In this document: in pieces, positions 10,933 through 20,939 of the stretch
How positions within the stretch are numbered: the first letter of the stretch is position 1
Layout: each line of letters starts with the position of its first letter
Source of the DNA: a virus
Lineage: Duplodnaviria; Caudoviricetes
Length of the DNA: 64,000 nt
IMG/VR virus record: IMGVR_UViG_3300020045_004441
Location: 1-64,000 of that record
Strand: one strand, 5' to 3'
Translations under genes and position numbers: made by a program
The notes under the pieces: model-generated
The model's database searches: none
Told to the model about the DNA's origin: nothing
The model's input: only the letters and a program-made list of their open reading frames with translations

Positions 10933-11772
10933 ATGGTAGTGAAAAAATATAATAATTATAAATATTGTATTATATATAAGACTATAAATAAAATTAATGG
11001 TAAAATATACATTGGCCAACATAAAACAAATAACCTAAATGATGGATATATTGGCAATGGAATATACAATCAAAATGATGCTAGAATAAATGCATATTTT
11101 CATAGTGCAGTAAATAAATATGGATATGAAAATTTTAGCAGAGAAATTCTAGAATTTTGCTTGCCATGTAAACATTATATAAATGAAGCAGAAAAGTTTT
11201 ATATTAAGAAGTATAATTCAACAAACAAAAATATCGGATATAACATTTCGCATGGAGGCGGTGGATGTTTTGGCGTTATTCCTAGTGATGAAACAAGATT
11301 AAAATTATCATTAGTTCACTTGGGTAAAAAGAAGGGAGAAGTTCACTCTAAAAACATTTCAATCGGACAAAGAAATATTGCTCCAAATGTTTTTGCTTAT
11401 ACTGTTAATGGTGAATTTATTGGAGAGTTTAATTCTATCCAGGATACATCTGAAATTTTAAATCTAAATAGAAATGCAGTTGCAAACGCATTTAATAGAA
11501 GTATTAGATACAAAACATTTGTTTTTTATAGGGAAAAAACATTTTTTACTAAATATGTGGCAAATCAAACATCCATAAGAAGAAAAATCTATGTGTTTAA
11601 CGACAAACTTGAGATTATCCACATATCTAATAGTATGATCGAATTATCTGTTGAATACAACATAAATTACAATGCATTGAGCAGCGCTTGTAATAGATTC
11701 ACATTTAAAAATGGATTGTATTTTGTTAAAGAAACAAAATTAGATAAATTCAGAAAACTTAAAAATATATAA
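10933..11772 (+). CDS. GIY-YIG homing endonuclease with NUMOD-type DNA-binding repeats
   Basis: IIYKTINKINGKIYIGQH motif, NUMOD3-like SDETRLKLS, NUMOD1-like FIGEFNSI. Confidence 0.88.
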   Translation: MVVKKYNNYKYCIIYKTINKINGKIYIGQHKTNNLNDGYIGNGIYNQNDARINAYFHSAVNKYGYENFSREILEFCLPCKHYINEAEKFYIKKYNSTNKNIGYNISHGGGGCFGVIPSDETRLKLSLVHLGKKKGEVHSKNISIGQRNIAPNVFAYTVNGEFIGEFNSIQDTSEILNLNRNAVANAFNRSIRYKTFVFYREKTFFTKYVANQTSIRRKIYVFNDKLEIIHISNSMIELSVEYNINYNALSSACNRFTFKNGLYFVKETKLDKFRKLKNI

Positions 11773-11773
11773 T

Positions 11774-14700
11774 ATGACATGCCCAAATAAATCTCTTAAA
11801 ATTTGGAAGGATTTAGTCTCAATTCACGGAATTCCAATGTCTTATTATTTGTGGGATAAATTCGATGGAATGGTTCCAGATAAATACTATAAAGCAACTG
11901 GTTCGCAACAGCAAATTACGGCCCCATATCCAAAAGCATTTGGCGAAATTGCTCCAATTAAATTCAAGGATAATCCAGAGCTATATAAACAGTATGATTT
12001 AGTTAATAGCAAGGGCGAGAGAAAGTCTGTGCCATTAAATGCAAAAACTAAGGCTTGGATTGATAAGCTAAATCTAAGCACTAGATATAATTTTGTATTA
12101 ATTAAAGATACTACTGAGAGATATAAAATATCAATTATACCAAGCCAGACCAATCAGCTTGGATTATTTCAGTTGCAATCAAGTAAACCAACTACCGAGA
12201 AAATTGATGCGCTGGATATAAAATTAAAACAACTACTATCTAATCTAGGTGTCACAGTTGAGCAATATGATCAATTTAAGAAAGATCATGGTGTTGATGC
12301 TATTGCTATGTTTGAAATAGTTAATGGTGTAGCTAAGATTAAAGTTGATTTTTCTAACGCAAATGAATTAACGCTACCAGAGGAAACTGCTCACTTTATT
12401 ATCGAAACAATGGGTGATAGTATTCTTGGTAAGAGAATGCTTGATTTAATGCGTGCTAATGATTATTATAAGTCGGTTTTAGGTGAGAATTATGACGCTT
12501 ATTTTGAGGCTTATGATGGCAATGAAACTAAGTTGATTAAAGAAGCTGCTGGGCAAGTATTATCGCAAGCAATCGTATCTAAGTTCAAGCAAGATAATCT
12601 CAATATACCAGATGGATTATTTGGCATAATGACTAGATTCTGGAATTACGTTAAAGAGTTGTATAAACGCATATCTCAAACTGAATTTAACGAAGCCATT
12701 AATGATGTCTACGGCAACGTAGCTAGCGAGTTTATGCAGGGCAATTCTAGATTCATGGACGCAATAACTCTATCAAGTGATATAAGATTATTTCAGATAT
12801 CAGATAGTGCCTTTAATGGGCTTAAAGCATCAATTGAGAAAGCTAGAGATGCATCGGCTAAACGGCTAAATGTTTACAAGAAGAAAGATATTAAGCGTAC
12901 TGCTGCAATTGAAGAGGCGTCATTAAAACAACTTGAAGAGCATTTAGAAAAGCAGGATTATATGTTAGCTGCTTTAAGTGTATCTGAACATGCTAGGCGT
13001 ATGTTCACTCACGTTACTAAGCGTATTGGTGAACTCAAAAAGTCAATTGAGAATTTAGATGTAGTTGGTCAAGACGCCCTGTTATCATTAGCATCAACAT
13101 TGCGTGACATGAAGAGCTTTAGCGACTCATATTTACCAATGGCTAAGGAAATTCAAGCTGAAGTTAATGATATTTTAGATGAAGAGCCAGATAATGCTGA
13201 GTATAAAAAGATAGATGAAATTATATCTGAGGTAGTTAAGAAAGCTGAGAAACTCGATAGAACTTACTTAGATATGGCTAGACCATTGTGGGCTAAGTAC
13301 TTAACTCCATTTTTATATGACGGGCCAATCACTGAAGAGAATTTATTAGAGTCACTTAAAGAAGGTGGCAAAGATATTACTTTCGTACAGAGATTTGTCG
13401 ATAGCATGGCGGCTTCAGGAATGCCAATATTACAAATATTAGACGTTGCTGTTAAGGATGCAAAATCTGAGGCAAAAGATGAATCATACAATTCTATTAA
13501 GGATCTTATTCTGGCTAGAATGGATCTTGAGAAGTCTGGCATTAAAGATACCAAGTGGATGTATGAATTAAAGAAAGACAAGTCTTTATCTGGAAATAAT
13601 GTTTACGAATATAACTATGGTGATTGGCAGGATGCTAAAGAAGCTGAAGGCAAAAAAATATTAGCTACAATTAGATCGGCCAATAAAGGTATAGAACTTG
13701 CTGTTGATGATAGAGACCTGCTAGATCAGATTGCTGGAAATGAAATACTATCTACTCAATATAAGCGTATGTGGGCATATTGGTTTAGAAAAAACAGCCA
13801 AGAAGATCCATATGCAGAAGATATTATTAGAGATAAAAGAATACACTTAGGTCAGGAAGAGTTTGATGATTGGTTTGAAGAAAACACTCACACCACTCCA
13901 GAAGGCGTTATATATTATATAAGAGAGCTATCTGTCCCTGCAAATAAATATAAAAACCCACAATACGCAGAGATTCAGGCTAACTCAGCCAAAAGGAAAT
14001 ATTATGATCTTTGGTCAATATTAAAAGATGAGCATGATCAGAAGCTTCCAGCAAATCAAAGGTTAGGTAGATTGGCCCCACAGACTCGTACTGATTTTGT
14101 GGAGAAAATTAAGCGGTCACAATCTTTAGGTGAAGCTGGCAGAAATGTTAAACAATCATTTCAGGAAACATTCCAGAATGTTGAGGATGACACTGATATT
14201 GGTAGTAAATTTAAGGTTACTGATGAGAATGGCAAGATGGTATATTTCCTTCCGATACACTTTACTGGGAAATTGAAGGATATGCGTGATTTATCTACCG
14301 ACTCAGCTGAATCATTGGCTGCGTTCATATCAACTACAAACGATTATTCTAAGATGTCTAAGATTATAGATATTCTAGAGTTGGGTAGGGATGTCATTTC
14401 TAATGTGCAATTGCAGGAGTTTGATTCTAATGGCAATGTAATTAAAGAGAGTATTAACATTCTTGGTAAGAAAGTAGCTAAGAACCTAAAGATTGATCCT
14501 AAAACTTCAAATATGAAGGCTAGGTTAGATGACTATTTTAAGATGAACATATATGGTCATACTAGAGTTGAAGGAACTGATTTTAACATTTTAGGATTCA
14601 AAATGAATTCCGAGAAAATGTGGGATGCTCTTGGTAAATATACATCGTTAAATAATCTAGCTTTAAATATATATGCAGGGATTCAAAATCCGCTTATAGG

Positions 14701-15859
14701 TAACGCTAACATACGCATTGAAGCTATTTCTAAGCAGTTTTTTGGACAGAAGGCACTTGCCATTGCTGATGCTAAATTCTGGTCTGAATTGCCTAAAAAC
14801 ATGGCAAATCTAGGTGCTAGGAATGCTACTGACTTCATTAGCTTGTGGGGCGAAAAACTTGAGGTTATGCAGGACTTTTCTCGTGATATGAGAGAGTTAA
14901 ATATGGACAGAACTAATTTAGTTCAGAAATTATCGTCAAGCAGTTCTTTATATGTAACGTCGAGCGCTGGAGAGAAACAAATGCAATTTAGATCATCATT
15001 TGCTCTAGCTTATGAGACTAAGCTTAAGGATTCTAAAGGCAAGGAAATAACATTATTAGAAGCGTTTGACGTTTTAAATAATAAACTAGTATTAAAAAGT
15101 GGATTAACCGATGCTAACGGGAAGCCATTCACAGAGGTTAGTCTGAGGGCATGGAAGCGTAAGCAAAATGCTATTAATAATAGTTTACATGGTATTTATA
15201 ATGACCAGGATTTACTTGCAATTCAACAATACGGAGCCCTTAGACAAGTGCTTATGTTTAGGAAGTTTATGAGACCAGGATTTAATCGTAGATTTAGATC
15301 AAAAATGTATGACTACGAGAAACAATCATGGATTGAAGGTTATTATAGAACGTTTGGTAGATTCTCTGGACAAATGCTCAAAGACTTAAAACGTGGTCAG
15401 TTTTTATTAGCTGCTCATTGGAATGAATTATCGCCAATGGAACGCCAAAATATGATGAGAGCAATTGCAGATTTGGGATATATGGCTGCAACAATGGCGT
15501 TAATAAGCGCTTTAACGATGATGGGCGCTGGGGATGATGAGGATGATTGGAGAATGAATATGGCGCTTTATCAAAGTAATCGCCTCCTCGTCGAGCTTTC
15601 ATTTTATATAGATCCTCGCCAAACTCTGACCATATTAAAATCGCCCGCTGCCGGAATTGACCAGCTTAATAGGGTAATCAACTTAATAACTACAATTGCA
15701 AATCCCTGGTACGCTACTGAAATTATAGAGCGTGGAAAATGGGCCGGGTACAGCAGATTTCACAAAGCAGCAGTTGGGACTATACCTCTCTACAAGACGA
15801 CTACAGATTGGATGACACCGAACGATAAGCTCACATTCTTTAAGTTGCAGAATAAGTGA
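11774..15859 (+). CDS. Large virion (ejected/cargo) protein of the crAss-like RNAP gene block
   Basis: 1361 aa, next to the vRNAP gene; degenerate zincin motif PEETAHF; C-terminal hydrophobic segment (GYMAATMALISALTMMG). Confidence 0.65.
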   Translation: MTCPNKSLKIWKDLVSIHGIPMSYYLWDKFDGMVPDKYYKATGSQQQITAPYPKAFGEIAPIKFKDNPELYKQYDLVNSKGERKSVPLNAKTKAWIDKLNLSTRYNFVLIKDTTERYKISIIPSQTNQLGLFQLQSSKPTTEKIDALDIKLKQLLSNLGVTVEQYDQFKKDHGVDAIAMFEIVNGVAKIKVDFSNANELTLPEETAHFIIETMGDSILGKRMLDLMRANDYYKSVLGENYDAYFEAYDGNETKLIKEAAGQVLSQAIVSKFKQDNLNIPDGLFGIMTRFWNYVKELYKRISQTEFNEAINDVYGNVASEFMQGNSRFMDAITLSSDIRLFQISDSAFNGLKASIEKARDASAKRLNVYKKKDIKRTAAIEEASLKQLEEHLEKQDYMLAALSVSEHARRMFTHVTKRIGELKKSIENLDVVGQDALLSLASTLRDMKSFSDSYLPMAKEIQAEVNDILDEEPDNAEYKKIDEIISEVVKKAEKLDRTYLDMARPLWAKYLTPFLYDGPITEENLLESLKEGGKDITFVQRFVDSMAASGMPILQILDVAVKDAKSEAKDESYNSIKDLILARMDLEKSGIKDTKWMYELKKDKSLSGNNVYEYNYGDWQDAKEAEGKKILATIRSANKGIELAVDDRDLLDQIAGNEILSTQYKRMWAYWFRKNSQEDPYAEDIIRDKRIHLGQEEFDDWFEENTHTTPEGVIYYIRELSVPANKYKNPQYAEIQANSAKRKYYDLWSILKDEHDQKLPANQRLGRLAPQTRTDFVEKIKRSQSLGEAGRNVKQSFQETFQNVEDDTDIGSKFKVTDENGKMVYFLPIHFTGKLKDMRDLSTDSAESLAAFISTTNDYSKMSKIIDILELGRDVISNVQLQEFDSNGNVIKESINILGKKVAKNLKIDPKTSNMKARLDDYFKMNIYGHTRVEGTDFNILGFKMNSEKMWDALGKYTSLNNLALNIYAGIQNPLIGNANIRIEAISKQFFGQKALAIADAKFWSELPKNMANLGARNATDFISLWGEKLEVMQDFSRDMRELNMDRTNLVQKLSSSSSLYVTSSAGEKQMQFRSSFALAYETKLKDSKGKEITLLEAFDVLNNKLVLKSGLTDANGKPFTEVSLRAWKRKQNAINNSLHGIYNDQDLLAIQQYGALRQVLMFRKFMRPGFNRRFRSKMYDYEKQSWIEGYYRTFGRFSGQMLKDLKRGQFLLAAHWNELSPMERQNMMRAIADLGYMAATMALISALTMMGAGDDEDDWRMNMALYQSNRLLVELSFYIDPRQTLTILKSPAAGIDQLNRVINLITTIANPWYATEIIERGKWAGYSRFHKAAVGTIPLYKTTTDWMTPNDKLTFFKLQNK

Positions 15860-15903
15860 TAGTTACGCAATAGAATAAAAAAAACGAATAGCAATTATTT
15901 AAA

Positions 15904-15941
15904 AAGAGAGCTCCTACTATTAGGTCAGCTCTCTTTCTTTT
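15904..15941. terminator. Likely bidirectional intrinsic terminator between converging blocks
   Basis: AAGAGAGCT...AGCTCTCTT inverted repeat with an A-tract on the left and a T-tract on the right, at the +/- convergence point. Confidence 0.75.
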
Positions 15942-15965
15942 AAACAAAAACAAAAACAAAATGAA

Positions 15966-16418
15966 TTATTTCTTTAATTTTTTAATATAGTCATCAAAAT
16001 ATCTATCTACATCTTCATAATGAAATCCACAATATCTCGTAAATGATAGTATATCTTTCTTTGAATATTGAGGTTTATTTTCATGAATATAATTTGATGC
16101 CTTTTGCTGTGTTGAGAATATTTTATGCGATACTAAGTAATCTTTATTATATGGATTATCTACAAAGTACGTCCACAATGAAAAATCATATCCAACTCCA
16201 TAACATTTATCTCCTTTAATTAAATTTACTCCATCTACCGTCGTAAATAAAATAGTATCATCCACTTTTTCCCAAAACTCAGGATATAACTTTGGATTAA
16301 ACCAATTATGATTATAATAATGACAATTCTCATCTGTTTTTGGCTGAACTTTATGTGGTTTTGATATATATCCAACGTCTGGGCCACCGGGATAATTGTG
16401 GGTGCATTTGTAATTCAT
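15966..16418 (-). CDS. Hypothetical protein
   Basis: 150-aa ORF in the tightly packed minus-strand block. Confidence 0.7.
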   Translation of the reverse strand: MNYKCTHNYPGGPDVGYISKPHKVQPKTDENCHYYNHNWFNPKLYPEFWEKVDDTILFTTVDGVNLIKGDKCYGVGYDFSLWTYFVDNPYNKDYLVSHKIFSTQQKASNYIHENKPQYSKKDILSFTRYCGFHYEDVDRYFDDYIKKLKK

Positions 16419-16419
16419 A

Positions 16420-16545
16420 TTATTTCTTTTTGTTAGGTACTACTCTATTTCCATCAACATAACTATCACAATCTGGACAATATGCTGGTGCGTTTTCATG
16501 AAAATAATGCGCATTCTTATGTTTGCATTTAAGTCTATCCTTCAT
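16420..16545 (-). CDS. Small CxxC protein (41 aa, not in ORF track)
   Basis: Hand translation MKDRLKCKHKNAHYFHENAPAYCPDCDSYVDGNRVVPNKKK fills the gap between neighbours. Confidence 0.5.
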   Translation of the reverse strand: MKDRLKCKHKNAHYFHENAPAYCPDCDSYVDGNRVVPNKKK

Positions 16546-16969
16546 TTAATTTCTTTTTAATTAATCTTTCGCATTTATGTCTCCAATTTGACCCATTAGC
16601 GCACGATATCGCCACTGTTTTGGTATTCTGGTTGATTTCCCTACACTCAACGTAATCGTCGTCTAGATGCCATAAAAAGCCCTCGTTTCGCTGAAAGAAA
16701 TGGTATTTATTAACCATGTCCATAAAGTGAATATTTTCAGGTTTAATACCACATTTTTTAGCAACTGTAAACAGATGTTTGTGATCGTGGATTAAGTTAG
16801 TTATTCCATATTGATCGCAAAACTCTTTGGTATAATTATTGATATCAGAATATCTTCTTGTTACAATCCAGACTTCGTAGCCCTTTTGGACTAATTCTAA
16901 TGCATATCTTTGTAATGACTCTCGTTCGATTGAGCCGTCAAAATCAAAGCTTAATTTTAATCCTTGCAT
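16535..16969 (-). CDS. HAD-superfamily phosphatase-like protein
   Basis: N-terminal SFDFDGS (HAD motif I), IVTRR, HLDDD (motif IV). Confidence 0.75.
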   Translation of the reverse strand: MQGLKLSFDFDGSIERESLQRYALELVQKGYEVWIVTRRYSDINNYTKEFCDQYGITNLIHDHKHLFTVAKKCGIKPENIHFMDMVNKYHFFQRNEGFLWHLDDDYVECREINQNTKTVAISCANGSNWRHKCERLIKKKLNEG

Positions 16970-17139
16970 GTAATTTGTTTTGATTTAGGCCAATGTTCTA
17001 TTTGAAATTTAACTTCACTCCAAAATGCATATCCACGATCAGCGCCCATATCGCTCAAGACTTCATTACAACACTCTATTGCCAATAATCTGCCAAACTT
17101 TAGAATTAATTTTCTAGCTTTTTCTTTTGGTGTTATCAT
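16957..17139 (-). CDS. Hypothetical protein
   Basis: 60-aa ORF with short overlaps to both neighbours. Confidence 0.55.
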   Translation of the reverse strand: MITPKEKARKLILKFGRLLAIECCNEVLSDMGADRGYAFWSEVKFQIEHWPKSKQITCKD

Positions 17140-17350
17140 TTAATTTAATGTTTATTTCTTTAATGCACTCTGGAATTAGCTTCTTATAATATTCAATCTT
17201 CTCTTCGCCAAGAGTATCGCTATATTTATCCAATAGACTAAATGACGTTAAAATCAATCCAATCCTACCGTGAATATAGTGTATATTTGATCCACTAGTC
17301 TTAGATAAAATCTCTAATCTATGTGGTTCAAATTCTTCTCTAGTTATCAT
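17114..17350 (-). CDS. Hypothetical protein
   Basis: 78-aa ORF, coupled overlaps. Confidence 0.6.
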   Translation of the reverse strand: MITREEFEPHRLEILSKTSGSNIHYIHGRIGLILTSFSLLDKYSDTLGEEKIEYYKKLIPECIKEINIKLNDNTKRKS

Positions 17351-17565
17351 TCCGGCATCTGTATTACATCCTTAACTGGCTCTGGAATTTCAAATTCTGG
17401 TTCATATGCTTTCTTGCAAGCGTAATATCCGGATGCATAAGCATTTACAAAAGCATTCTTCACTGCTAACTTATATGATCCTTCCCATGGTTTAAAGAAT
17501 TGCATCCTACTCTCAGCATATTCTTCTCCAAGTGCTATAATTTTCTCTTCATCTAGTTCTTCCAT
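17347..17565 (-). CDS. Hypothetical protein
   Basis: 72-aa ORF, 4-bp and 1-bp overlaps. Confidence 0.6.
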   Translation of the reverse strand: MEELDEEKIIALGEEYAESRMQFFKPWEGSYKLAVKNAFVNAYASGYYACKKAYEPEFEIPEPVKDVIQMPE

Positions 17566-17777
17566 TATATTTTCTGTATTAAATCTAATATAGAATGTTT
17601 ATTTACAGCTGCTCTTTTGCCTTCATTTATGCTATTCTGAATAACATATGCTTTAGCTTCATTTGCAGATTCAGTAATTGCTTCTTTCATTGCAATCTTA
17701 ATCGCCTCAACAATCACATCCTCAGATAATGGTTCTCCGGATAGTTCTTCGTTAAAGATATTTTGTGCTGTTCTCAT
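17565..17777 (-). CDS. Hypothetical protein (resembles 20712-20939)
   Basis: Shares MR(T/S)A start and V(N/D)KxSIL end with the 20712-20939 product. Confidence 0.6.
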   Translation of the reverse strand: MRTAQNIFNEELSGEPLSEDVIVEAIKIAMKEAITESANEAKAYVIQNSINEGKRAAVNKHSILDLIQKI

Positions 17778-18142
17778 GATTTACCACTTAATAGATACTG
17801 AATAGTTTCTAACTGATTAAGAATGTCTTTATATGTTGGGTCTATTTTATTATAGCTGTAGCTCAAGATAATTCCTCTAAAGGTATCAATTTCTCTACGG
17901 TTTAATTTAGGACACAACCATTTGATTCTAGATGAATCTTTTATCTTAGAATTAAATTCATCTGTAATCATCGCTAGATCTTTTCTGAGTTGGTCTAATT
18001 TAAAAGATTGATTAGATAATTTAGAATAAAAATCTCTCGTCAAGTCAACAAAAACACCTTTATTGTATTCGGATTCTTTTTGTTTAGCTTTATTTTGTAA
18101 TTCTATAAAGTCACTTTCTCTTATTGTTATATATTTCTCCAT
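17774..18142 (-). CDS. Hypothetical protein
   Basis: 122-aa ORF. Confidence 0.6.
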   Translation of the reverse strand: MEKYITIRESDFIELQNKAKQKESEYNKGVFVDLTRDFYSKLSNQSFKLDQLRKDLAMITDEFNSKIKDSSRIKWLCPKLNRREIDTFRGIILSYSYNKIDPTYKDILNQLETIQYLLSGKS

Positions 18143-18361
18143 AATTTTAAATTTTAAAGGCCAGTGTCCGTGATCAGCGGTCTTTGCCTTAGTGTCTTAT
18201 CTTGCCCACATAAGGCTTGATTACCGATAAGAACCACTCTGAGCGCCCTTCAATTTTATGTGTCGAGAGGGGGAGTGATTACTTTCATTTTTAAAAATCT
18301 CTCCGCAGGGTTGCTCCTTAATTGCGCTACTACCAACCCTTATTCGCTTTATATAGCAATC

Positions 18362-18838
18362 CTATGAGCATATACTTGTGGGTATTGGAGAGATTATTGT
18401 TTGTTTACTTAATATCTTAATATACACTCCAGGATTCGTTTTGTCAACAGAGAAATGTTTACCATCAATCCATAGTACTTGTGGGTAGCAAATGTTCATA
18501 TTGTCATCCTCAATTATATCGAAGGCTGTAAATAAGTCCATTATAAGTGAATTTGCATTATTAAAGTCAAATGATCTATTTGAGTCTCTAACAAAATGCA
18601 TTCCAATAACAATTGGATAACTTGCTCTATCAAATAATTTTCTAAGCTCATCTACTGGGAAGGTCATTGGTATTGTTTTATATGTAGTAATTGTTTTTTT
18701 ACTACAAGAATAATGTTGAATACCATGCTTTCTTAGATATTTCTGAACAGTTTTTGATGAAAATACTCCTCTCGATGTTGCAATCTTTCCGTTCTTTAAA
18801 GACGGCGTATTAAAATTTATAAATACCACATCCTCCAT
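18362..18838 (-). CDS. rusA: RusA-like Holliday junction resolvase
   Basis: PSLKN near the N-terminus, DFNN...IMDLF...IEDDN acidic pattern. Start moved to MEDVV (18838), just downstream of a TATCTTTG box at 18861-18868. Confidence 0.65.
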   Translation of the reverse strand: MEDVVFINFNTPSLKNGKIATSRGVFSSKTVQKYLRKHGIQHYSCSKKTITTYKTIPMTFPVDELRKLFDRASYPIVIGMHFVRDSNRSFDFNNANSLIMDLFTAFDIIEDDNMNICYPQVLWIDGKHFSVDKTNPGVYIKILSKQTIISPIPTSICS

Positions 18839-18883
18839 AATAATAGTTTTAATTATTATACAAAGATATGGATTTATAACCAA

Positions 18884-19189
18884 TTATTCCTCAGAAATAG
18901 AAATATTATTACCAGAATGATCACAATCAACGCAATATTCATTATCAAATATTTCATCAACTACATAATCTTGTTTTTCTGAGTCCCAAATTACCCATGC
19001 GTCAACCTTAACGTTTTCTGATCCGCAATATTTACATTTATATTTAACATTCATCATCCCAATTTTCTTTAAGTAAAGTTTGTGCTTGACGACATAATTC
19101 TCTTCCTGAATATTGATTTGTATTGCGCTGTATAGATAGATTAAATGGGATTTTCCAAAAGTATCTATTATTATACATTGCATATACAA
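18884..19189 (-). CDS. Zinc-ribbon protein (start possibly 19057)
   Basis: CKYCGSENV...CVDC. Confidence 0.6.
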   Translation of the reverse strand: MYMQCIIIDTFGKSHLIYLYSAIQINIQEENYVVKHKLYLKKIGMMNVKYKCKYCGSENVKVDAWVIWDSEKQDYVVDEIFDNEYCVDCDHSGNNISISEE

Positions 19190-19224
19190 CTCGCCAAGAA
19201 CATCCTAATTTAACTCTACAATAT

Positions 19225-19410
19225 TTAACGTAAATCGCTTGGAATCTCGTCATCGTAAATAAAATCAACATGTTCTTCACAATCTCTGCACCAATTATTA
19301 CCAACACTCTGATCCTCCTCAAATGCAATATCTAGCACTGTATCGTCATTTGGATCAATCCAAGCTAATTGCTCTATATTAAATCCATTACATTTAGCGC
19401 ATCTAATCAT
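19225..19410 (-). CDS. Zinc-ribbon protein
   Basis: CAKCNGFNI...WCRDC. Confidence 0.65.
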   Translation of the reverse strand: MIRCAKCNGFNIEQLAWIDPNDDTVLDIAFEEDQSVGNNWCRDCEEHVDFIYDDEIPSDLR

Positions 19411-19684
19411 CTGATTTAACTTTAGGTGAACATCCTAGACATATGCATGCACTATATTGTCCTGCCATATATTTATTAATTTTATATCTTTTGATAAATG
19501 ATTGGATAATTGAGTCCATTGATTCCTTAGAAATAATGTAATCGTCAAATGGGATAACTTTCTCTCCACGATCATTTATAGTAGCATTTGCAACTAGCTC
19601 GTCAAAATCAGCTTTAGGTTCTGCATTATTGTATAATTCAACATAAGTATCATGAATTATTTTCTGCCAATTAAGTTTTCTCAT
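19403..19684 (-). CDS. Hypothetical protein
   Basis: 93-aa ORF with coupled overlaps. Confidence 0.65.
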   Translation of the reverse strand: MRKLNWQKIIHDTYVELYNNAEPKADFDELVANATINDRGEKVIPFDDYIISKESMDSIIQSFIKRYKINKYMAGQYSACICLGCSPKVKSDD

Positions 19685-20250
19685 AACAAATAATTCTTAT
19701 CCCAAGTTGATTCTTTGGTTTTACAATCTACCCAGCCCCAAGTATTCTCGGCAATTATAATATCTTTCTTACTCTTATATAGATAATGTAATATCATTTC
19801 ATAATACTTATCATTATTACCGTCTGGAGCAGTCCACCAAATACAAAATTGCCAATTTAAGAAAAATATATAAAATGCTGGTGGCCATTCAAATCTCACA
19901 GAATCATATTTATATTTCCAACCAAGTTCATTCCAACAAATATATATCGGCCATCCAATTTGCACCCACCACCAGATGCCAAATAATTCAAATGTCCATT
20001 CGGTAGCTCTGTGAACCATCGGCATATTAGAAAACATATAATTATTATTACGAGTCCCAGCATATGGATACTGCTCTTTATATTTAGCAATTTGCTCTGG
20101 CGTTTTGAGCTTTAATTTTCTAAATGCAATAATTGTTGACACAAAGTTTATCGGCCAAAAATAAGGAGTGCCGTGCTTTAACTTTCCAATATAATACCTC
20201 TTTTTAGGTTGCACAAATACTCCTTTAATTTCCTTAAATAATTTAAACAT
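19681..20250 (-). CDS. Hypothetical Trp-rich protein
   Basis: 189-aa ORF. Confidence 0.65.
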   Translation of the reverse strand: MFKLFKEIKGVFVQPKKRYYIGKLKHGTPYFWPINFVSTIIAFRKLKLKTPEQIAKYKEQYPYAGTRNNNYMFSNMPMVHRATEWTFELFGIWWWVQIGWPIYICWNELGWKYKYDSVRFEWPPAFYIFFLNWQFCIWWTAPDGNNDKYYEMILHYLYKSKKDIIIAENTWGWVDCKTKESTWDKNYLL

Positions 20251-20712
20251 TTAGCCTCCTTTTCTTCGATTTAACTCATTATTAAATGCTTTTAGATAGT
20301 TAGGATGTTTAGTCCAATTACCGCCTAAAATCGCCTGTATATGGTCTGTTTCGAGGTCACATATAAATCTATAATCCGTTTCTGGAAGACGATTCATATC
20401 TTTATCGAAATTAACTCCCCATAGCATTATCATAGCAGAATCAACACCTTGTTGTTCTAGAATATCATCCTCTTCATCAAAATACCAAAATCCTGGATAA
20501 TTTGGTATAATACCCATATTAACCAAGACTTGAGAATATCTTAAATCTGGATTATTGTGCCAAAATTCAGCAATCTCTTTATCTTTAACTGCAATTAACG
20601 ATAATACAGCCCTAAGATTTCCATTATCTAATGGTAGCTTCCAGATATTAGCCAATAAATTTTCATTATTGACTAATTCTAGAAATCTATCAATACGCTT
20701 TATATTACGCAT
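20251..20712 (-). CDS. Hypothetical protein
   Basis: 153 aa; MRNIKRID...NPDLRYSQ resembles a common phage family. Confidence 0.65.
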   Translation of the reverse strand: MRNIKRIDRFLELVNNENLLANIWKLPLDNGNLRAVLSLIAVKDKEIAEFWHNNPDLRYSQVLVNMGIIPNYPGFWYFDEEDDILEQQGVDSAMIMLWGVNFDKDMNRLPETDYRFICDLETDHIQAILGGNWTKHPNYLKAFNNELNRRKGG

Positions 20713-20939
20713 TATTTCTTTTTAAGTTTTAAAATTGATTCTTTATCAACTCCTGTTGTTGGCTTATAATCGTATTTTGTACCAATACAATATCCAGCAC
20801 TGATACATTTAACATTTTTAACAGCATCATCAATTGCCTGATTATACGCTTCTATTTGAATGGATTTTATTAGTTCTGATACACTTATATTTGTATGATT
20901 ACCATAATACCAATCTTTTATTTCTTCTGCTGATCTCAT
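20712..20939 (-). CDS. Hypothetical protein (resembles 17565-17777)
   Basis: 75-aa ORF. Confidence 0.6.
   Translation of the reverse strand: MRSAEEIKDWYYGNHTNISVSELIKSIQIEAYNQAIDDAVKNVKCISAGYCIGTKYDYKPTTGVDKESILKLKKK

Noticed and set aside
19044-19328. 94-aa minus-strand ORF overlapping both zinc-ribbon genes
   Set aside because: It is an alternate frame over better-supported ORFs, with no motif support.
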